Shown: positions 1 through 12,887, numbered from the whole stretch's first letter. The stretch: 63,335 nt of DNA, filler included, from Lenisia limosa (GCA_001655205.1; 11 parts of 11 records of this genome joined end to end with filler, not necessarily neighbours in it); one strand, 5' to 3'. Notes: generated by a model from the letters alone, not told the origin. A program made the numbers and translations.

Positions 1-3000
1 ATCAAATCATCACCATGCCCCCCTCCCCCCTCACGTCAGCCAGTGCAAGGTTGTAGCGATGGTTGAGGGAAGTCGGATCAGAGACCATAGCCTGGAATCG
101 TCAGTTACTACACTCCATGTAATTGTGGAAATAAAATAAGTGTGCCTTTTCTGATTATTTTGACATTAATTCCATGAGAAACGGTACACCGCAACTGCTG
201 AATAAAAGTGTAGAAGGAAGTTAACCAAAGACCAAAAACGCCTTCCTGGCTGACACTTTACAATTATTACTATTTCGTACTGAACCCGACCCTCAAAGCA
301 GCCTTGCGCGAGGCCTGGAAGTCCTTATCCTCAAAGTGGATACTGGCAACGGACGACCAGTCGGCAGCGTTGTTGCTTTGGCTGAAGCGACGCAGGGAGT
401 TCTCGTACATCTTCAGGGCCTGGACTTTGTTGCCCTGAAACGGGTAAGGGGGTATCCTTGGAGTGTAAATGCAAATTATTGATGAAACAGACCAGGAGTT
501 CAAAACAATGTAAGGAGATGGGGGTGGGGGAGCAATGAGTAGAAGACGAAAAAGCCCCATGCATGAGTGCCTGTTTCAGGCTCACCATTTGTCTGTAGGC
601 TTCTCCCGAGGCTCTCCACACGTCAGCGAAGTTGTTGGTGGCCTGACGGACCTAATGGCATTTAAGACGCAGGATGGGAATGGGTTGTTTTGAGACGAAT
701 AAGAGATGTTAGGTTGAAGACATAGGAATACTTAAAACAAATGTAATAAGTGAGCCAAGCAGCTCACTTGATTGAGGATGGTGAGGGCTTCCTTGGTGTA
801 CTCTAAAAAGGTGAGCTTCAGCCTCTAAGCATTGAAGTGGGCGCGGAGACATGGTAATTTGTTTATGGTACCCCTATGTGTATATTTATTGTACCTTATT
901 TGTACCTTATTTCTCTTGGTCAAAAAAAGAGACATTCCATTTCCTCCATCCCTCACATTCTATTGCTACCACCTGGAAAACCCTCTCACACCCCCTCGCC
1001 CACTTTTCTTCAGCAGGTAGCATGCGGCGCCGTGGGCAGCAAACGCGTTCTTGTGGTCGTTCTTCAGGGCCCGGCGGAAGAAGTCCCCGGCTCGCNNNNN
1101 NNNNNNNNNNNNNNNNNNNNNNNNNNNNNNNNNNNNNNNNNNNNNNNNNNNNNNNNNNNNNNNNNNNNNNNNNNNNNNNNNNNNNNNNNNNNNNNNNNNN
1201 NNNNNNNNNNNNTAGTAATGAACGACGGGTGTTCAAAGATATTAAATCCAATGCAGCAACAAACCTTGGCGCCCGACTTGGGGTCCTTGGCGAACTGAAG
1301 ATAAAGATGCCCCAATGACACGAGAGCATGGTTGTCACGGTCCTTCGTGCTGGCGTGTAAGAAAATCGAATGTATCATCTTTTTCTGTGTTTTGTTCTAT
1401 TACATTGACTTCTCAATCACCCACAGTTTCAGAACCTTCTCAAAAGCGGTTTGGGCAGGCTTCCACTCCTCTCGTCTCAGCCGAAGGTTGCCAAGAAGAG
1501 TCCTGCGAGGGGTGAGAAATAAAAGAAAAAGCAACTTCATGAACTTCAAAGGACAGTAAAAGAGCATTGCTGGCCCAGTCAGTTCACGGTGACATAGAAT
1601 GAACAAAAACAATATTGGCGAAGTATTTGGGGGAGTTGGATGCAGACGTGCGTTATGCTCAACATGACCCCCACCAGGCGTCCACGTTGCCGGCATCGAT
1701 GGTCTGAATGGCCTGCATGTAGATTGCCTCAGCCTCGCCTAGGGCGCCTCTTTCCTCCTCAATCGCTCCGAGGCGCAAGATGGCTGCAGTGTGAGAAAGG
1801 CGACGTTTCATGTGAGGCAAAGCAAGCGTGTCAAATCCCACCATTGGGGCTTCACTTCGGTTTGATAAAATATCGAGAGTATTTGAGGAAATATCGAGAA
1901 AAGTAGTCTTTTTTCGAACCGAAGTGAAGCCCTACGCACCATCCATGTATTTGGGGTTTGCCTTGAGCACGATATGGTAGAGCTTCGACGCCTGGATGAA
2001 GTTCGATACGGCCTCGTAGAGCCTGGCCATGTTGTAGAGGATCGTGACCTCCACTTGCTCCAGCTCGATGTCTGTGGACTTCGAAATGTCGCTCAAACGG
2101 TCAGCCCCTAGGCTGGTCAGTACTTAGGAATCAACAAGAATGCAAATCTGTATAAATGCTCCTGCGTATTAGACAATATCTTAATACAAAGCTCTCCACC
2201 ACCACCCCCTCACCAATAGCAAGCTGGTAGGCTGCAAATGCGCCCTTGTAATCATGGGTGCGATGCCTAGGAAATCAGAAGGACGTTCTTGGAAATCCGC
2301 TGTACTTCTTGCTGTTCGTTGAATAAACAATCAATTGAACGGCTAAACGAAACAGATGTTGCGAAAAATTGATCGGGGGTTTCACTGTCCCCCTTTCCAG
2401 CCATTTCTATTGTCATCCCGATACTCAAGCCCAACCCCCCAGGTCTCACCTGACTGAGCCAAGGTTGTTCCATACGTAGCTTGAAATCTCGACGTCAGTC
2501 TCTGTCATGACCTCCACGGCCTTCTCGTAATCTGTTGCGTCAGGCTTGATTGATATTGGTATTTACACCACAAAACTCAAGAAAGGAGAGCTTAAAATAG
2601 GTCTACACAACGTGTACACACAGAAGTCAGCAACTTGAGATATGCAGCATATGAGACCAAACCTGAAAGGGCCTCTCTTGGACTCCTGATCTCCTTAAGA
2701 GAGGCCAGAGAGAGATGGGCGTCGTAGTCATTCGGCCGCCTCTCCACCNNNNNNNNNNNNNNNNNNNNNNNNNNNNNNNNNNNNNNNNNNNNNNNNNNNN
2801 NNNNNNNNNNNNNNNNNNNNNNNNNNNNNNNNNNNNNNNNNNNNNNNNNNNNNNNNNNNNNNNNNNNNNNNNNNNNNNNNNNNNNNNNNNNNNNNNNNNN
2901 NNNNNNNNNNNNNNNNNNNNNTAATAGAAAATAGAAACAACGGGGTGGGATATAGCAACGTTATTTATTAATATCACGAACCTTGGTCAGGAGGTGGACA

Positions 3001-3158
3001 GCACGCATCACGTTGTTCGGATCTGTGGACTGCGACAAATGTCCTGCAAGGGCCTGGGAATGTCATTGTGAGAATGCTGAGACGTATCATATTGAGTTTT
3101 ACCCATGCCATGTCATGTAGGGGTCAGAAGCTCGCAGCCCATAGAATAGCCGTGTCAA
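1..3158 (-). CDS. CTR9: RNA polymerase-associated protein CTR9 (PAF1 complex TPR protein), internal portion, multi-exon, truncated at both ends
   Basis: Minus-strand exons occur in CTR9 order: VERRPNDYDAHLSLASL, TILYNMARLYEAVSNFIQASKLYHIVLKANPKYMD|AILRLGA, TLLGNLRLRREEWKPAQTAFEKVLK, HALVSLGHLYLQ, FFRRALKNDHKNAFAAHGAAC, ATNNFADVW, QALKMYENSLRRF. These match recalled CTR9 segments such as TILYNLARLYE, YVDCYLRLGA, WSLIGNLHLAKQEW and NLYAANGIGA. Confidence 0.88.
1845..1934. mobile_element. hAT-type MITE, family 1, with a near-perfect 8-bp TSD
   Basis: TIRs TGGGGCTTCACTTCGGTT and AACCGAAGTGAAGCCCTA; flanks CCCACCAT (1837-1844) and CGCACCAT (1935-1942). Confidence 0.88.
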
Positions 3159-3202
3159 NNNNNNNNNNNNNNNNNNNNNNNNNNNNNNNNNNNNNNNNNN
3201 NN

Positions 3203-3214
3203 TTAATTAATTAA
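3203..3214. other. Artificial contig-joining spacer TTAATTAATTAA flanked by 44 N on each side
   Basis: The same 100-nt construct has its core at 3203, 6084, 8879, 11187, 19195, 23274, 45882, 47444, 50280 and 52063. It places stop codons in all six frames, and genes break off at these points. Confidence 0.97.
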
Positions 3215-3269
3215 NNNNNNNNNNNNNNNNNNNNNNNNNNNNNNNNNNNNNNNNNNNNCCCCCCCCTAG

Positions 3270-5990
3270 GATGGGAGGAAATACAGCACGTGACCAAAGC
3301 TCTCAACTCACACGCACCATTCTCCGACAGTTCTAAATTCCAGGTCCGCCTTTTCTTGCTCTTTCTCATCCTTTAGATTCTCCCTCTTCATTCTTCCATC
3401 CTCCCTCAAGACCAAAAGAAGGCCTTCCTCCACCCCCCAAAGGGCGTTCAGAAGATAGTGCTGACCACCAATATTGCCGAAACTTCGGTGACCATTGATG
3501 ATGTTGTGTTTGTTATTGACTCCGGCTACTGCAGAGAAGTCCGCTATCGACCTGGCCAACAGGCGTCGGCTTTGGAAACCGTGGGGCGAAGCTTGGTTAA
3601 AATATTCTGACATAAACTTAATATTTTTTTTTGTGTTTTTTTTTTTTTTTTGATACAAAAAGCCGACGTTATCAAGGCTATTTGTTCGATACCCCTTGAA
3701 CTTGTTGGGGAACTTGTTGGTTTGACAACCTGCTTTAATATGGCCTTGTTTTGACTATTTCAGGTTCAAGTGGCTAAGGCCAACGCCAAACAGCGTAAAG
3801 GAAGAGCCGGTCGCGTCCGGCCCGGGAAGTGTTTCCATCTGTTCACTCTTGCTGAGGTTGGCGCCCACTTTTGCATGCGCGATACCAACTTGATTTTATT
3901 TATATGTATATCGTATCGTATGATTAAGATGTTTTTGTTTTTTTTTTTTCAATGTCCTCAGAAAAATGTCTTTTTTTCAATGTCCTCAGAAAAATGTCTT
4001 TTTTTCAATGTCCTCAGAAAAATTTCGTCTTTTTCTTCTTCTCACCCCCCTCCCCAGCATACAGCCTTCGACGGATTCCAGGTCCCGGAGATACAGAGGA
4101 CTCCTCTGCATCAGCTCTGCCTCCAGGTTTGTTGTAAATCGCTCTCAAGATAGTCATGTGGACAAAGTAAAGTCATCCACTGAAAGCATCACGTTCTTCA
4201 ATAACATGGGGTAGGCCAAGACCTACGGAGCGCAAAGAGGCTTCGATATCCGCGGCTTCCTCCGAAGGTCTCTGGACCCGCCTACGCCGCAGTCGGTCAA
4301 TGACGCCGTTAACACACTCTATGACCTTGGTATGGTGGAGGTCCTGCTGGGGAGGCACGCAGCAAGCTGTGTGCACAGAGTTATAAGGCAAATGATTGGG
4401 TGAATTAATATTATAAGCATGACGGCTTCGGCCAGATACACCCTTGTTTTTTATTTCTCATTGCTATATATGGTGGAGGTCCTTTTGTTTCCTTTTCGTC
4501 TTCCAATCGCCACATTGTCTGTTGTTGAGCTCGTTTCACACCCAGGCGCCTTGGAAGGTGATGAAGTGGTCACCCCGCTCGGCCGGCTGCTGGCGACCCT
4601 GCCGCTGGAGCCGCGTTTAGGTTTGCAAGTCCTTTTTTGCTTTGTTGCTTATCATATATTAGGAAAGTCGCTAATTCTGTCTGTGCTTTACGGATGTCTC
4701 GACCCAGTCCTCACCATCGCGGCATCCTCCTGTACGCGCTCACCGCTTGTCTGTCCCCTCGACGTTCGTGACGAGGCCAACATGGCGCATAGAAAGTGGG
4801 CTTGTAGACATTACCGATGCGTCGTTTGACGTCGGCTTCTCATATGATTATGATATCCTTTGCTCATTTGTAAATATGAGGCGCAGCCACCTCTGCAATT
4901 AATATGCAGGAATTTCGCACGAGGAGACATGTCCGACTCGTTGATGGTTGTCACAGCGTATCGCAAATGGATCGCATGCCAAGACACCTTCAAAGTAGGC
5001 TACCAGTCTGGTTCCGCTTTTCTTTGGCTTCCCGCTTTCTCTTTCTGATTATACACACAATATGATATTGTATGTTGGCTTGGAGTTTAGCATTTTGAAA
5101 TTTAAAACTGGATCCCTCCAATAAATCCGAATTCAACCACTTGTAACCAACAAAACAGTTCTGTAACGACAAGTATGTCAGTAACATGGTCATGAACATC
5201 ATCCGCGAATCTCGCTTCCAACTCATGAAGAACCTGCAAGAAGTCGGCCTCATCGATCAAATCCCCCCGTAAGTCTTTATCCCTTATCCTGCTGACAAAC
5301 TGTCTTGGAATATTAGGAATTGACACTGTACAGACAACACAACAACCCAACCCCCTGGCCGCAGCTTTGTCGAATGTCTATTACTCAGCAGTCCAACATC
5401 TACACCGGAAGTAACCTTGGGATAACACTTCCTGGGTTGAATATAGCGTATATTAATTAATATGTATTCCACAGAGTGCTAAAATAGTGCTAAGTTGAAA
5501 TTATTTGGGAATAACAGTTCTGCAGAGCCCAGCCTCTTCACCTTGGCCAATCGCAACGCGGACAATGCAGAGCTTGTCAAGGCTTGCTTGCTGGGAGGAG
5601 CCTTCCCCAATGTGGCTGTCATGGCGAAGAAACAGGAGTGGAAGGTTGGCCCAGTGGTTGAGCTGATTTTTAAATGGTGATCCTGACCCTCAGACTCTCT
5701 CTTACATATTATGTACATAATTTTTAACTATCATTATCACTTTTTTGGGTCATTTCCACGCGTGTGAACTGTCATTGCCACGCAGTGATATGATACCTGA
5801 TTGTTTCTTCTGATCAAGAGGAAGGATTAATGGACTGAAGGATTAATGGATTAATGTATTAAATGATTATAGGATTTAAGGATTAATGGATTTCAGATGC
5901 CGAAGACCAATCGCTCTGCTATGCCTCACCCGTCATCCATCAACAAGAAGGCCAAGAAGGAACACAATCACAACTCGTCAGAGGAGAGAT
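3270..5990 (+). CDS. DEAH-box RNA helicase, DHX36/DHX57/DHX29 subfamily, C-terminal half (partial, multi-exon)
   Basis: Motif [27 protein letters not shown], motif [22 protein letters not shown] and [15 protein letters not shown]2 domain [39 protein letters not shown], then [13 protein letters not shown] and [15 protein letters not shown]. Confidence 0.92.
3944..4025. repeat. Intronic tandem repeat, about 28-bp unit x3
   Basis: TTTTTTCAATGTCCTCAGAAAAATGTCT repeated three times within a helicase intron. Confidence 0.9.
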
Positions 5991-6264
5991 CTTGTTCTGA
6001 CTGATGCATAATTATTCTAATCCATTGTTTGATTATCTANNNNNNNNNNNNNNNNNNNNNNNNNNNNNNNNNNNNNNNNNNNNTTAATTAATTAANNNNN
6101 NNNNNNNNNNNNNNNNNNNNNNNNNNNNNNNNNNNNNNNGGGGGGGGGGGTAATAATGAGAAGAAGGATTGATCTGATATACACTTGATCTGATATACAC
6201 TTGATCTGATATATAACGTATTGATAGTTCGTGTGAAACAGACCGAAAAAGGGGATACGATACC

Positions 6265-8072
6265 AACCTGTGAGGTTCCTAGGACTTTTGCAATTCCGAA
6301 ATCACCAATCTAATGAGGTTATAGAAATACTGTCAATCTGATGAGGTCAATCAAAGAGGGTTTAGAAGGTTTTAGAAGTAATCAGGGGGTTATAGAAACA
6401 ATCAATCTTAGGGGATATAGACTCAATCTTAGAAGTATATTGTTCTTGCTTTCAAAGATTAACAATAGACATCTAAGGGATTCAATCTCGTATGAAAAAG
6501 ATCGGCAAATCGAAATACATAATATACATATGGTTGTATTCACCCATTAATTTGCCCTATAACTAGGGCTTCACTTCGGTTCAAAAAAGTATGAATTTCC
6601 CGATAAATCTTCGAAAACTATCGAAGTACTTACAATTCTGTGATACGTGTATCGACTCACAAACACCTACCATTACCCTTCCGGTGGTACTCATGAAAAC
6701 GTTGAGAGGTTTCAAGTCCCTGTGCAAGATTTTTTCACTGAGGGGGGAGCGAGGTGAACAAACACACACAAAAAAAGACAAATATATTTCCAAAACAAGA
6801 TTTGGAATGTGCGAAGATTGGAGGGATCTTGGTTAAAAAAAAACAAAAACAATGATCTGCATCTGAAGATAGTTCTCACAAAACGAATAGCCCTCAACTT
6901 GAAAAAGCAAAACGAATAGCCCAACTTGAAAAAGCAAAACGAATAGCTCAACTTGAAAAAGCAAAACGAATAGCTCAACTTGAAAAAGCAAAACGAATAG
7001 CCCTCAACTTGATAAAGCAAAACAAATAGCTCAACCTGAAAAAGCAAAAATAACCCAATAAGAAACAAAAGCTTCTGATAAACCACAAAAAAAAATCATG
7101 AAAAAAGCCCCAAACCTGTGGACGTGATGAAGTCCCAGAATCAGCTGAACAAAAACGCCCATGGCCTCGTTTTCATTGAGAGGCGAGTTGGCTTCTTTTC
7201 TAATCGCAAGGCTTGCTGCCAAGTCCCCCCCTAGACATTTTAGATTGGCCAATCGTCATATATTATATGAATCCAAAATCTATTAGTACTCCCTGCAATT
7301 ACTTTTTTGAAGAAATCAATTGACAAAATTTGAAATTAAAGTGTTTGAAATTGAGTTTACATTACAATGTGTTGCACTTCAAATTTTGCAATTATATTTT
7401 TAATTAATTGCAGTAATATATGATAAATACTACATATACTATATAGCTATGTACTAAACATGATATAGTATATATGTATGTATTATGTACATAATTATAT
7501 CGATACACTTATACTAATCATATATATGATATGATATTGACATCTGGTTGAGGCCATCCACCATTATTATGATGATTTTGTTATCTAGATAAAATTATTT
7601 CAGGCCAAAGCAGTCCACAATTATGTGTCCAGTAATCGTTTTCAAGAGGCATTCAAAACACAATCCTCCATGACATACCATCAGCATATTGCATCACAAT
7701 GCATAATTTGCCTTTTTCTCTATCGACAAAGGACTGATAGTGCTTGATGACGCAGGGGTGATCCAGCATTGCCAACACTCGGACCTCATTTACGGCATGT
7801 TTTCTGGGGAGCGAAGTCAAATATCTATGACATGTCCCCTCAAATGATGTTTATTGACCCAAATGACATGTTTAACTACTAGAGAATGGAGAGAATACGC
7901 ATGCCTGCCTTTCCCATAAACAAACCTTTGCTTTGTGGACAACCTCAAGAGGTCCACACGCTTCATTACAAATATACCTCCAGGAGGACGCTTATCACGG
8001 ACAAGGAGTGCTTCACCGAAGCCTCCCTCGCCAATATAGCGAAGAACTTCATACCGATCCATCTTTGCTTCT
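6265..8072 (-). CDS. NIMA-related (NEK1-like) Ser/Thr kinase, N-terminal kinase domain, truncated at the spacer
   Basis: Exons MDRYEVLRYIGEGGFGEALLVRD...FVMKRVDL, HAVNEVRVLAMLDHPCVIK, GDLAASLAIRKEANSPLNENEAMGVFVQLILGLHHVH, KILHRDLKPLNVFM and IGDFGIAKVLG. HRDLKP plus GDFGIAKVL is typical of NEK kinases. Confidence 0.92.
6564..6630. mobile_element. MITE family 1, truncated copy in reverse orientation
   Basis: TAGGGCTTCACTTCGGTTCAAAAAAG...CGATAAATCTTCGAAAACTATCGA. Confidence 0.8.
6877..7050. repeat. Intronic minisatellite, about 27-29-bp unit x6
   Basis: AAAACGAATAGC(CC)TCAACTTGAAAAAGC repeated within a NEK intron. Confidence 0.9.
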
Positions 8073-8934
8073 CTCAACCAACACCTTCCATATTGTATTG
8101 TCTCTGTTCGTGGTGTATGTGTTATTAAATACAAATTAAATCAGTTTCTTTCTATTATTGCCTTTTGTATTTTTTGGGTGATTTGGGAAACTTTTAAATT
8201 ATATTTGAGTAATATAATCTTGTGATCTGTAAATAATTGAGAATTTGTTATGGAGATTGTTCCCTTTAAACTATGATTATTAGAGTGTCGCTAAAGCGCT
8301 TTACAACTTTATGCTCTTTTTATATCTAAAAAGATCACGGGAATCCGTGATATGATTCTCCAAGCGTGAACTTAAGCGCATCAGCCTTTGACATTTTTTT
8401 CAATGTCGAAGTAATATATTTTTTTAAAAAAAAAGGTCAAATTTTGCACAAAAAAGAAAGACCGCCCAATTTTTAGATCATCTCTGTGGTGCAACCCTAA
8501 GCCTCAGACAAGGGGTTGTGTTTAAGGTTTAACTTTATACACAACCCATGTTCCAGACGTAGAATATATAAGCCTCCTAGTATACTTCGGTCAAGACTTA
8601 TCCCGGTCAATGTATATGATAGATATTCCAGCTCAGACTCTCAATTGTTTTTCACATTACGAAGAAGATCCCTTGACCTCCTCATGTTTTGCTCAAATCA
8701 AAAATGCAACACTTTCAATTGCATAGGTTGAAAAGGCCCTCAGCACCACAGTGAAACTCTGAAACAAAGAAGAATTAAATTAACCGAAGACCACGATCAA
8801 GCGACCTATTCATTCTCATTGACGCGTATGACCTNNNNNNNNNNNNNNNNNNNNNNNNNNNNNNNNNNNNNNNNNNNNTTAATTAATTAANNNNNNNNNN
8901 NNNNNNNNNNNNNNNNNNNNNNNNNNNNNNNNNN

Positions 8935-11142
8935 AAGGGACTGGAGGGACTTGATAGACTGGGGAGCATGGGTGGCAATGTTAATGTGATGGAGATATGC
9001 GGCAATCTTGTCCTTGGGAAGACGAGCGGTCATAGTCGGGGTGTCAATTTCTACCCCCAGAACCGTCATGTTGTGCGCTNNNNNNNNNNCCTAGCGTGAT
9101 GGGGAGTGTGGGAAAAGGCCAATCTCATTGTGAAGTGCCTTTGTCAAACGACGGCCAACTGGGATGACCCGACCAGCCCAAGCCAATTTGCCCGCAAGGG
9201 ACTGGAGGGACTTGATAGACTGGGGAGCATGGGTGGCAATGTTAATGTGATGGAGATATGCGGCAATCTTGTTCTTGGGAAGACGAGCGGTCATAGTCGG
9301 GGTGTCAATTTCTACCCCCAGAATAGTCATGTTGTGCGCTGGCAAGGTCACCTTGTCCTCTCCGTAAGGGATGCCGACAAGAGTCCAGAAAACGAGGATT
9401 GACGCGAGGATGTAGCGACCGAAAAGTTCAGTTTCGGCGGTACCAAAAACGTCGTCAAAGTACATTGAAATACCATTTCTCTTCTGAAATCATAGGATCC
9501 AGATTCTCATTGAGAAAGGTGATTTCATCNNNNNNNNNNGAGGAGTCTATCAGGGATGGGTATTGACGAAGAATTATACCCTTTAACCCACCTCTTGTTG
9601 ATTTCAAGAGTGGCGCGGGATACAGCGTCAAAGAGGACAGGGCAGTTTTGGAAACCGAATGGAAGGAGTGCTTCCCGTCTGGCAACTTACAGCAGAGCCA
9701 ATCTTGACTTGTGGGGCGGACAGGAANNNNNNNNNNAAGGGATGGGTATTGACGAAGAATTACACCCTCTTTGACCCCCTCTTGTTGATTTCAAGAGTGG
9801 CGCGGGATACAGCGTCAAAGAGGACAGGGCAGTTTTGGAAACCGAATGGAAGGTAATTATACCGATAGTGCTTCCCGTCTGGCAACTTACAGCAGAGCCA
9901 ATCTTGACTTGTGGGGCGGACAGGAAGTAGGTTGAAGGCACTCATCATGTCAGCAGAAAATAAGTAATAATCGGGCCGTAAATAAGCCTTGAGACCAGTG
10001 ACTCTGTCCAGCGAAAAGGGGCGCTTGAGAGTGTTGTCAGTGAAACGAGAGCCGTCAAGGATCGGCCGATATTTGGTCTTGTTCAAATGAGGGATTTCTT
10101 TGACGACAACTCCAACGGGATTTTGTAGTTGGCGTACATTGGGGGGATTAACAGCTCAGTAACAGTACCAGCAACAACAAGCTCTTTGTATGTGTCAGAG
10201 AGCACCTTAGAANNNNNNNNNNTTAAATTGGGGGGATTAATAGCTCAGTAACAGTACCAGCAACAACAAGCTCTTTGTATGTGTCAGAGAGCACCTTAGA
10301 ATTCTCTTGTGCATTTGGCCAGTTTCGGACCTGGAACTGGGTAGATGCGGAGTCTTTGATACCAATATCGGCACCTTTCCATAAAATAGCCGACACAACT
10401 TCAGAATCCTCAAAATCAACCTTCTTCATCTCGTCGTCCATCATTACAGGGTTGATCTTGTAGGTAGTGAGGAGAGGGGCAGGGTCCAGCTGGCGGCTCC
10501 AGAGTAACGCAGCCTCCTCAGGGTCGGCAGGTTTGGAGCGAATGTGATGGTATGCATCGTAGTCCGCCATGGAGACGTAGAGGGAACGGTCTTTTGTATC
10601 ACGGGGCCCTATATAGGGTTGGATCTTCTTTGTTTTTGAAGATATCGAAAGGCTCAAGATCAAATCATGCCTAAGCTGATAACATGTTTGTGATGTCAAA
10701 TTTCAATCATTAACAATGTATAACAATCTTAATTGACAAGAAGATATATTATCCGGATTTGGAAGAAATTACACCTTGGCCCATGTTCTTCTTCGGGCAG
10801 GCTTTGACCGAATGTCCAGCCTTTTTACAGAAAAAACAAATATGCCGCTGCCCACAGTTCGGCCTGGTGCAGCCTCCATCGGAGTTGAAGGAGGCGCAAA
10901 TGGGGCTGTATTGATGAGACAATTTTATAAAACCGTATTTCGGCGTTACGGAACAAATCAGTTTCCAAACCTTCGCTTCTTGCTAGCAGCGTCGGCGCTT
11001 GAGGCCCGCTCGCTTCCGAAGAAGGGGCTTTTGTCTTGCGGTACTTAGAGTCAGCACCATCGATCTGGTAATAATCTGATCGTGCACTTTCACCAACAAT
11101 TTAGTTATTGTCACTATTCCCACCTTGTTTTGGGCACTACGA
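8935..11142 (-). mobile_element. Tyrosine-recombinase-class retrotransposon core (Ngaro/DIRS-type): gag zinc fingers plus RT and connection domain; fragmented
   Basis: Gag end PICASFNSDGGCTRPNCGQRHICFFCKKAGHSVKACPK (about 10795-10905). RT segments RNWPNAQENSKVLSDTYKELVVAGTVTE, NPVGVVVKEIPHLNKTKYRPILDG, SADMMSAFNLLPV, YLPFGFQNCP, MYFDD, TILGVEIDT and LQSLAGKLAW. No recombinase ORF or terminal repeats are present on this contig. Confidence 0.88.
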
Positions 11143-11334
11143 NNNNNNNNNNNNNNNNNNNNNNNNNNNNNNNNNNNNNNNNNNNNTTAATTAATTAANN
11201 NNNNNNNNNNNNNNNNNNNNNNNNNNNNNNNNNNNNNNNNNNAATTGTGAAGAAAACGCTCAACATCAAGAAGCGAAATCGATAACGACAGCGGGGGGGG
11301 GGTGAGAGGGAAGAAATACAAAACTGTACTAACA

Positions 11335-12430
11335 CTTCAGACCATTCTCCCAGGATGAGAATGGTAGTCCTCCCGGAAACCACCAACCTGGATGAAGCCG
11401 TTGATAGAGCCGGCAGGGGACGGGCACGTGAGGTCAGGAAGGGGCTGGCCAGGACCTGCGGCCTGGGGCTTCCTGCCACCACTCCACACTCCGGCAGACT
11501 CGTTGAAGGTCGGCTTCCTCAGCGGCTGGATTGGCTGGCCTATGCAATGAAACAATTAGGGGTTTTCTACGGTCCGAAAAAGACCCTTTTAAATATCAAT
11601 ATTTATCGAGAATTTATCGAGAGATTCGGTCTTTTTTGGAACCGTAGGGACAATGCTAATAAATGTTTACCGTTCATGATCGCGGGGCATTCCTCATTGT
11701 CCTTGAAGTAGCGGGTGATCTCGTCTTTAAGCTCGTTCTCGATCTTGTTGTCATCAGGGAAGCCCTCAGGGGAGGTAGGGATCAGCCCTGCTTGGTTAGG
11801 CTTTATACGCTATTGTGTTATTACAACGTAAGGAAAGGAATCTTTGCCAAGACAAACCTTCGCAGTTCATTTTAATAATGTTGTACGCAAGCAAACGCTG
11901 AGTCTGAAGAGTAAATTGGGGAAAGGAGAACTTACTTCGTGTTTGAATGAGCTGCACTTCACTGAAATAACATCCATACATTGTTTGAAGGCCTAGAAGA
12001 ATGAAAAGACTCCCAACAAAGAATATAAAGTCGTCTTCATTACCTCTTTCAGTTTTATATCATCGACTTTAACTTTACTGAATCGGTTAACGCCATATTT
12101 TGTGATTCTAGCAATCTTAGCTTCAGCCGTATTATCATTCTCAATTTCAACAATTTCCTGGACCTCTTTATCCTTCTCTCCCATGCTGAACTGCGTGTAT
12201 CTATTATTTATAATTAATCTTTGATCTAACAAGTGTAAAAGTATCAAAAGAGGAGCGAGAAAATCGCAAAATTCTGAAAATTCGAAAACAAAATTCAATA
12301 AGTAAATCCGGCGGCACACCACAATTATTATAAAGAAACAAAATAAACCGTATTTTCCCCTGGGCACAAACCCTGGTTTTTCAGTGTGGTCATTCCGCCA
12401 AACCTTAAACTTACCTTGGTCAGCCATCCT
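11335..12430 (-). CDS. Hypothetical protein, spliced exons, partial
   Basis: GC-rich exon-like blocks with GT/AG borders: GLIPTSPEGFPDDNKIENELKDEITRYFKDNEECPAIMN and QPIQPLRKPTFNESAGVWSGGRKPQAAGPG. No family recognised. Confidence 0.45.
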
Positions 12431-12887
12431 TGTGATCACTCAGGCAAGGAGGCCAATCCCGGAACCCTCATTGCACTCCAGAGGCGGAAAGGGTTGGGAT
12501 TGTCATTTCATTGGCATCTCCTGACTAGAATTTCTACTTCTGGGAATGTGACTTAACGGTCCTTTCCCGACCACTTTTTATTTGCTAAAGAAAAAGTATC
12601 ATCGTTTATCAGATGCGGTTTTACGTTTATATATAGCACCCCTCACAGTCAAACGGACACCCAAAACAATCAGAAAAACGTGGAAACCTAGCCCTTTCTC
12701 TTCTTGTTGTTAACTGGTATGAGAGTATGGGGTGGCTTGAGCAAGCTTGTCCTTGGGGGAGGTACAGTTGTATGTGTGTATTAAGAGGGAAGTTGGAGAG
12801 AGATGGGTGGGGATAATAAAGTAAGCTTGTCCCTTCCATTATCCCTTTTAGCGAGATTTCAGCCAGATTTTATACCACAGCAGAGGA

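Noticed and set aside
6877-7050. Regular repeats as a CRISPR array (also 28655-28805 and 13385-13490)
   Set aside because: The units are head-to-tail without unique spacers, lie inside eukaryotic introns, and have no cas genes nearby.
8935-10300. Direct duplications in the retroelement (8935-9079 vs about 9200-9340; 9541-9725 vs 9737-9925; 10140-10212 vs 10229-10300) as split direct repeats or tandem RT domains
   Set aside because: Each abuts a 10-N gap and duplicates coding sequence. One copy has a 13-nt deletion. They are most likely unmerged contig ends from divergent copies.
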